Assembly: GCA_963843375.1 (NCBI GenBank)
Contig: CAWJKT010000009.1
Coordinates: 64,001-128,000 of the forward strand
Length of the DNA stretch: 64,000 bases
Source: an uncultured Pseudomonadota bacterium
GTDB taxonomy: Bacteria > Oederibacteriota > Muellerivitia > Muellerivitales > Muellerivitaceae
Direction of reading: 5' to 3'
Within the stretch, counting starts at the first letter, position 1. Each line of letters starts with the position of its first letter. Below, piece after piece: positions 63,042-64,000 of the stretch. The notes below the pieces were generated by a model that saw only the letters and a list, made by a program, of their open reading frames with translations, ran no database searches and had not been told where the DNA came from. The translations under genes were made by a program, and so were the position numbers.

Positions 63042-64000
63042 TTAAACTATTCCCAGGCCTGTCAAAACTCCCGCCAGAATAACAACCAGCCAGGGCGGCA
63101 CCCGCCAAAAGACCAATGAAATAAAAGCCACAGCCGCCAGACAAAAGTCGACGGCGTTCAGAATAGCACTGGTCCAAACCGGATTATAGAAGGCGGCCAG
63201 TAAAAGGCCGACGACCGCCGAGTTAATCCCCATCATGGCTTTTTGCATTCCGTTGTAATGTCTGAGACGTTCCCAAAAGGGCATGATTCCAATGACGAGA
63301 AAGAAGGACGGCAAAGATATAGCGACCAGCGCGATGACGCCGCCTACCCAGCCGGTAGGAACTTGATTAGAAACCGCGCCCAGGTAGGCGGCGAAAGTAA
63401 ATAATGGGCCGGGCAGGGCTTGGGCCGCGCCATAACCTGCCAGAAAAGTATCGTTGGAAACCCAACCCCTCGGCACAACCTGGGATTGAAGTAAGGGCAG
63501 TACCACGTGCCCGCCACCAAATACTAAAGAACCTGTCCGGTAAAAACTATCAAACAGTTGAACCGCGTAATTGCCCGAATCCAACGCGAAAACAGGAAGA
63601 AAGAAAAGCAGAATAAAGAAAAGGGAAAGCAAAATGAAACCGGTTATCCGGTTATTTTGGGTGGGAATGAAACCTTTGGTTGTGATAGGGAGTGCGGGAA
63701 GGCAGGCCCAGCCAAAACAACCGCCCGCCACAATGACGCCGATGGGAGCGAGAGGATTGGGAATAAAAGCCACTAACGCGGCGGCGCAAACCGTTAAAGT
63801 CGCGCGAAGTTTATCAGGGCTCAAATTTTTACCCATGGCCCAAAGGGCCTGGGCCAACACCGCCACGGCGACTAATTTAAGGCCGTGCAACCAGTGGTTT
63901 CCCAGTTGAGAGCCGAAGAGTGGCAGGCTATAAGCGAAGAGAATCATCGCCATGGCCGAGGGTAAGGTGAAACCCAGCCAGGCTAAAAAGGCTCCGAAAA
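63042..64000 (-). CDS. chrA: Chromate efflux transporter (5'-truncated by window edge)
   Basis: AWLGFTLPS, GLKLVAVAV, GSLVFGGGHVVLPLL, GYGAAQA.PGPLFTFAAYLG. Confidence 0.92.
   Translation of the reverse strand, partial: FGAFLAWLGFTLPSAMAMILFAYSLPLFGSQLGNHWLHGLKLVAVAVLAQALWAMGKNLSPDKLRATLTVCAAALVAFIPNPLAPIGVIVAGGCFGWACLPALPITTKGFIPTQNNRITGFILLSLFFILLFFLPVFALDSGNYAVQLFDSFYRTGSLVFGGGHVVLPLLQSQVVPRGWVSNDTFLAGYGAAQALPGPLFTFAAYLGAVSNQVPTGWVGGVIALVAISLPSFFLVIGIMPFWERLRHYNGMQKAMMGINSAVVGLLLAAFYNPVWTSAILNAVDFCLAAVAFISLVFWRVPPWLVVILAGVLTGLGIV

Overview
Bacterial accessory region with three parts. (1) 1-25 kb: sugar-phosphate genes (pgi, pgm, tkt, tal, gnd, zwf), an epimerase/VKOR-SPW cluster with two metal-binding microproteins missing from the ORF track, paralogous secreted and membrane proteins behind a duplicated divergent sigma54 control region, and a caa3 oxidase plus Rieske/cytochrome b operon. 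(2) ~25.5-29 kb: the 3' half of a tRNA-Thr(TGT), probably an integration junction, then a frameshifted type IV coupling protein, a frameshifted replication-relaxation gene and a toxin-antitoxin pair. (3) 29.3-62.3 kb: nine same-orientation 28-bp palindromic sites (consensus TGTCCACGAYGGG-GA-CCCNTCGTGGACA). They separate self-contained modules: thiO-like oxidase; CAAX protease; higBA; GNAT; hsp20/GGDEF/yfdX; a Crp/Fnr-controlled nirK and nitrosative-stress cluster; a small AT-rich membrane gene; and ackA-xfp-fba plus an N-ATPase operon. The site geometry and apparently shuffled arms suggest a site-specific gene-cassette system that is not an integron. No recombinase is encoded in this window, so this is inference. 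All family calls are from motif recognition; no database searches were run.
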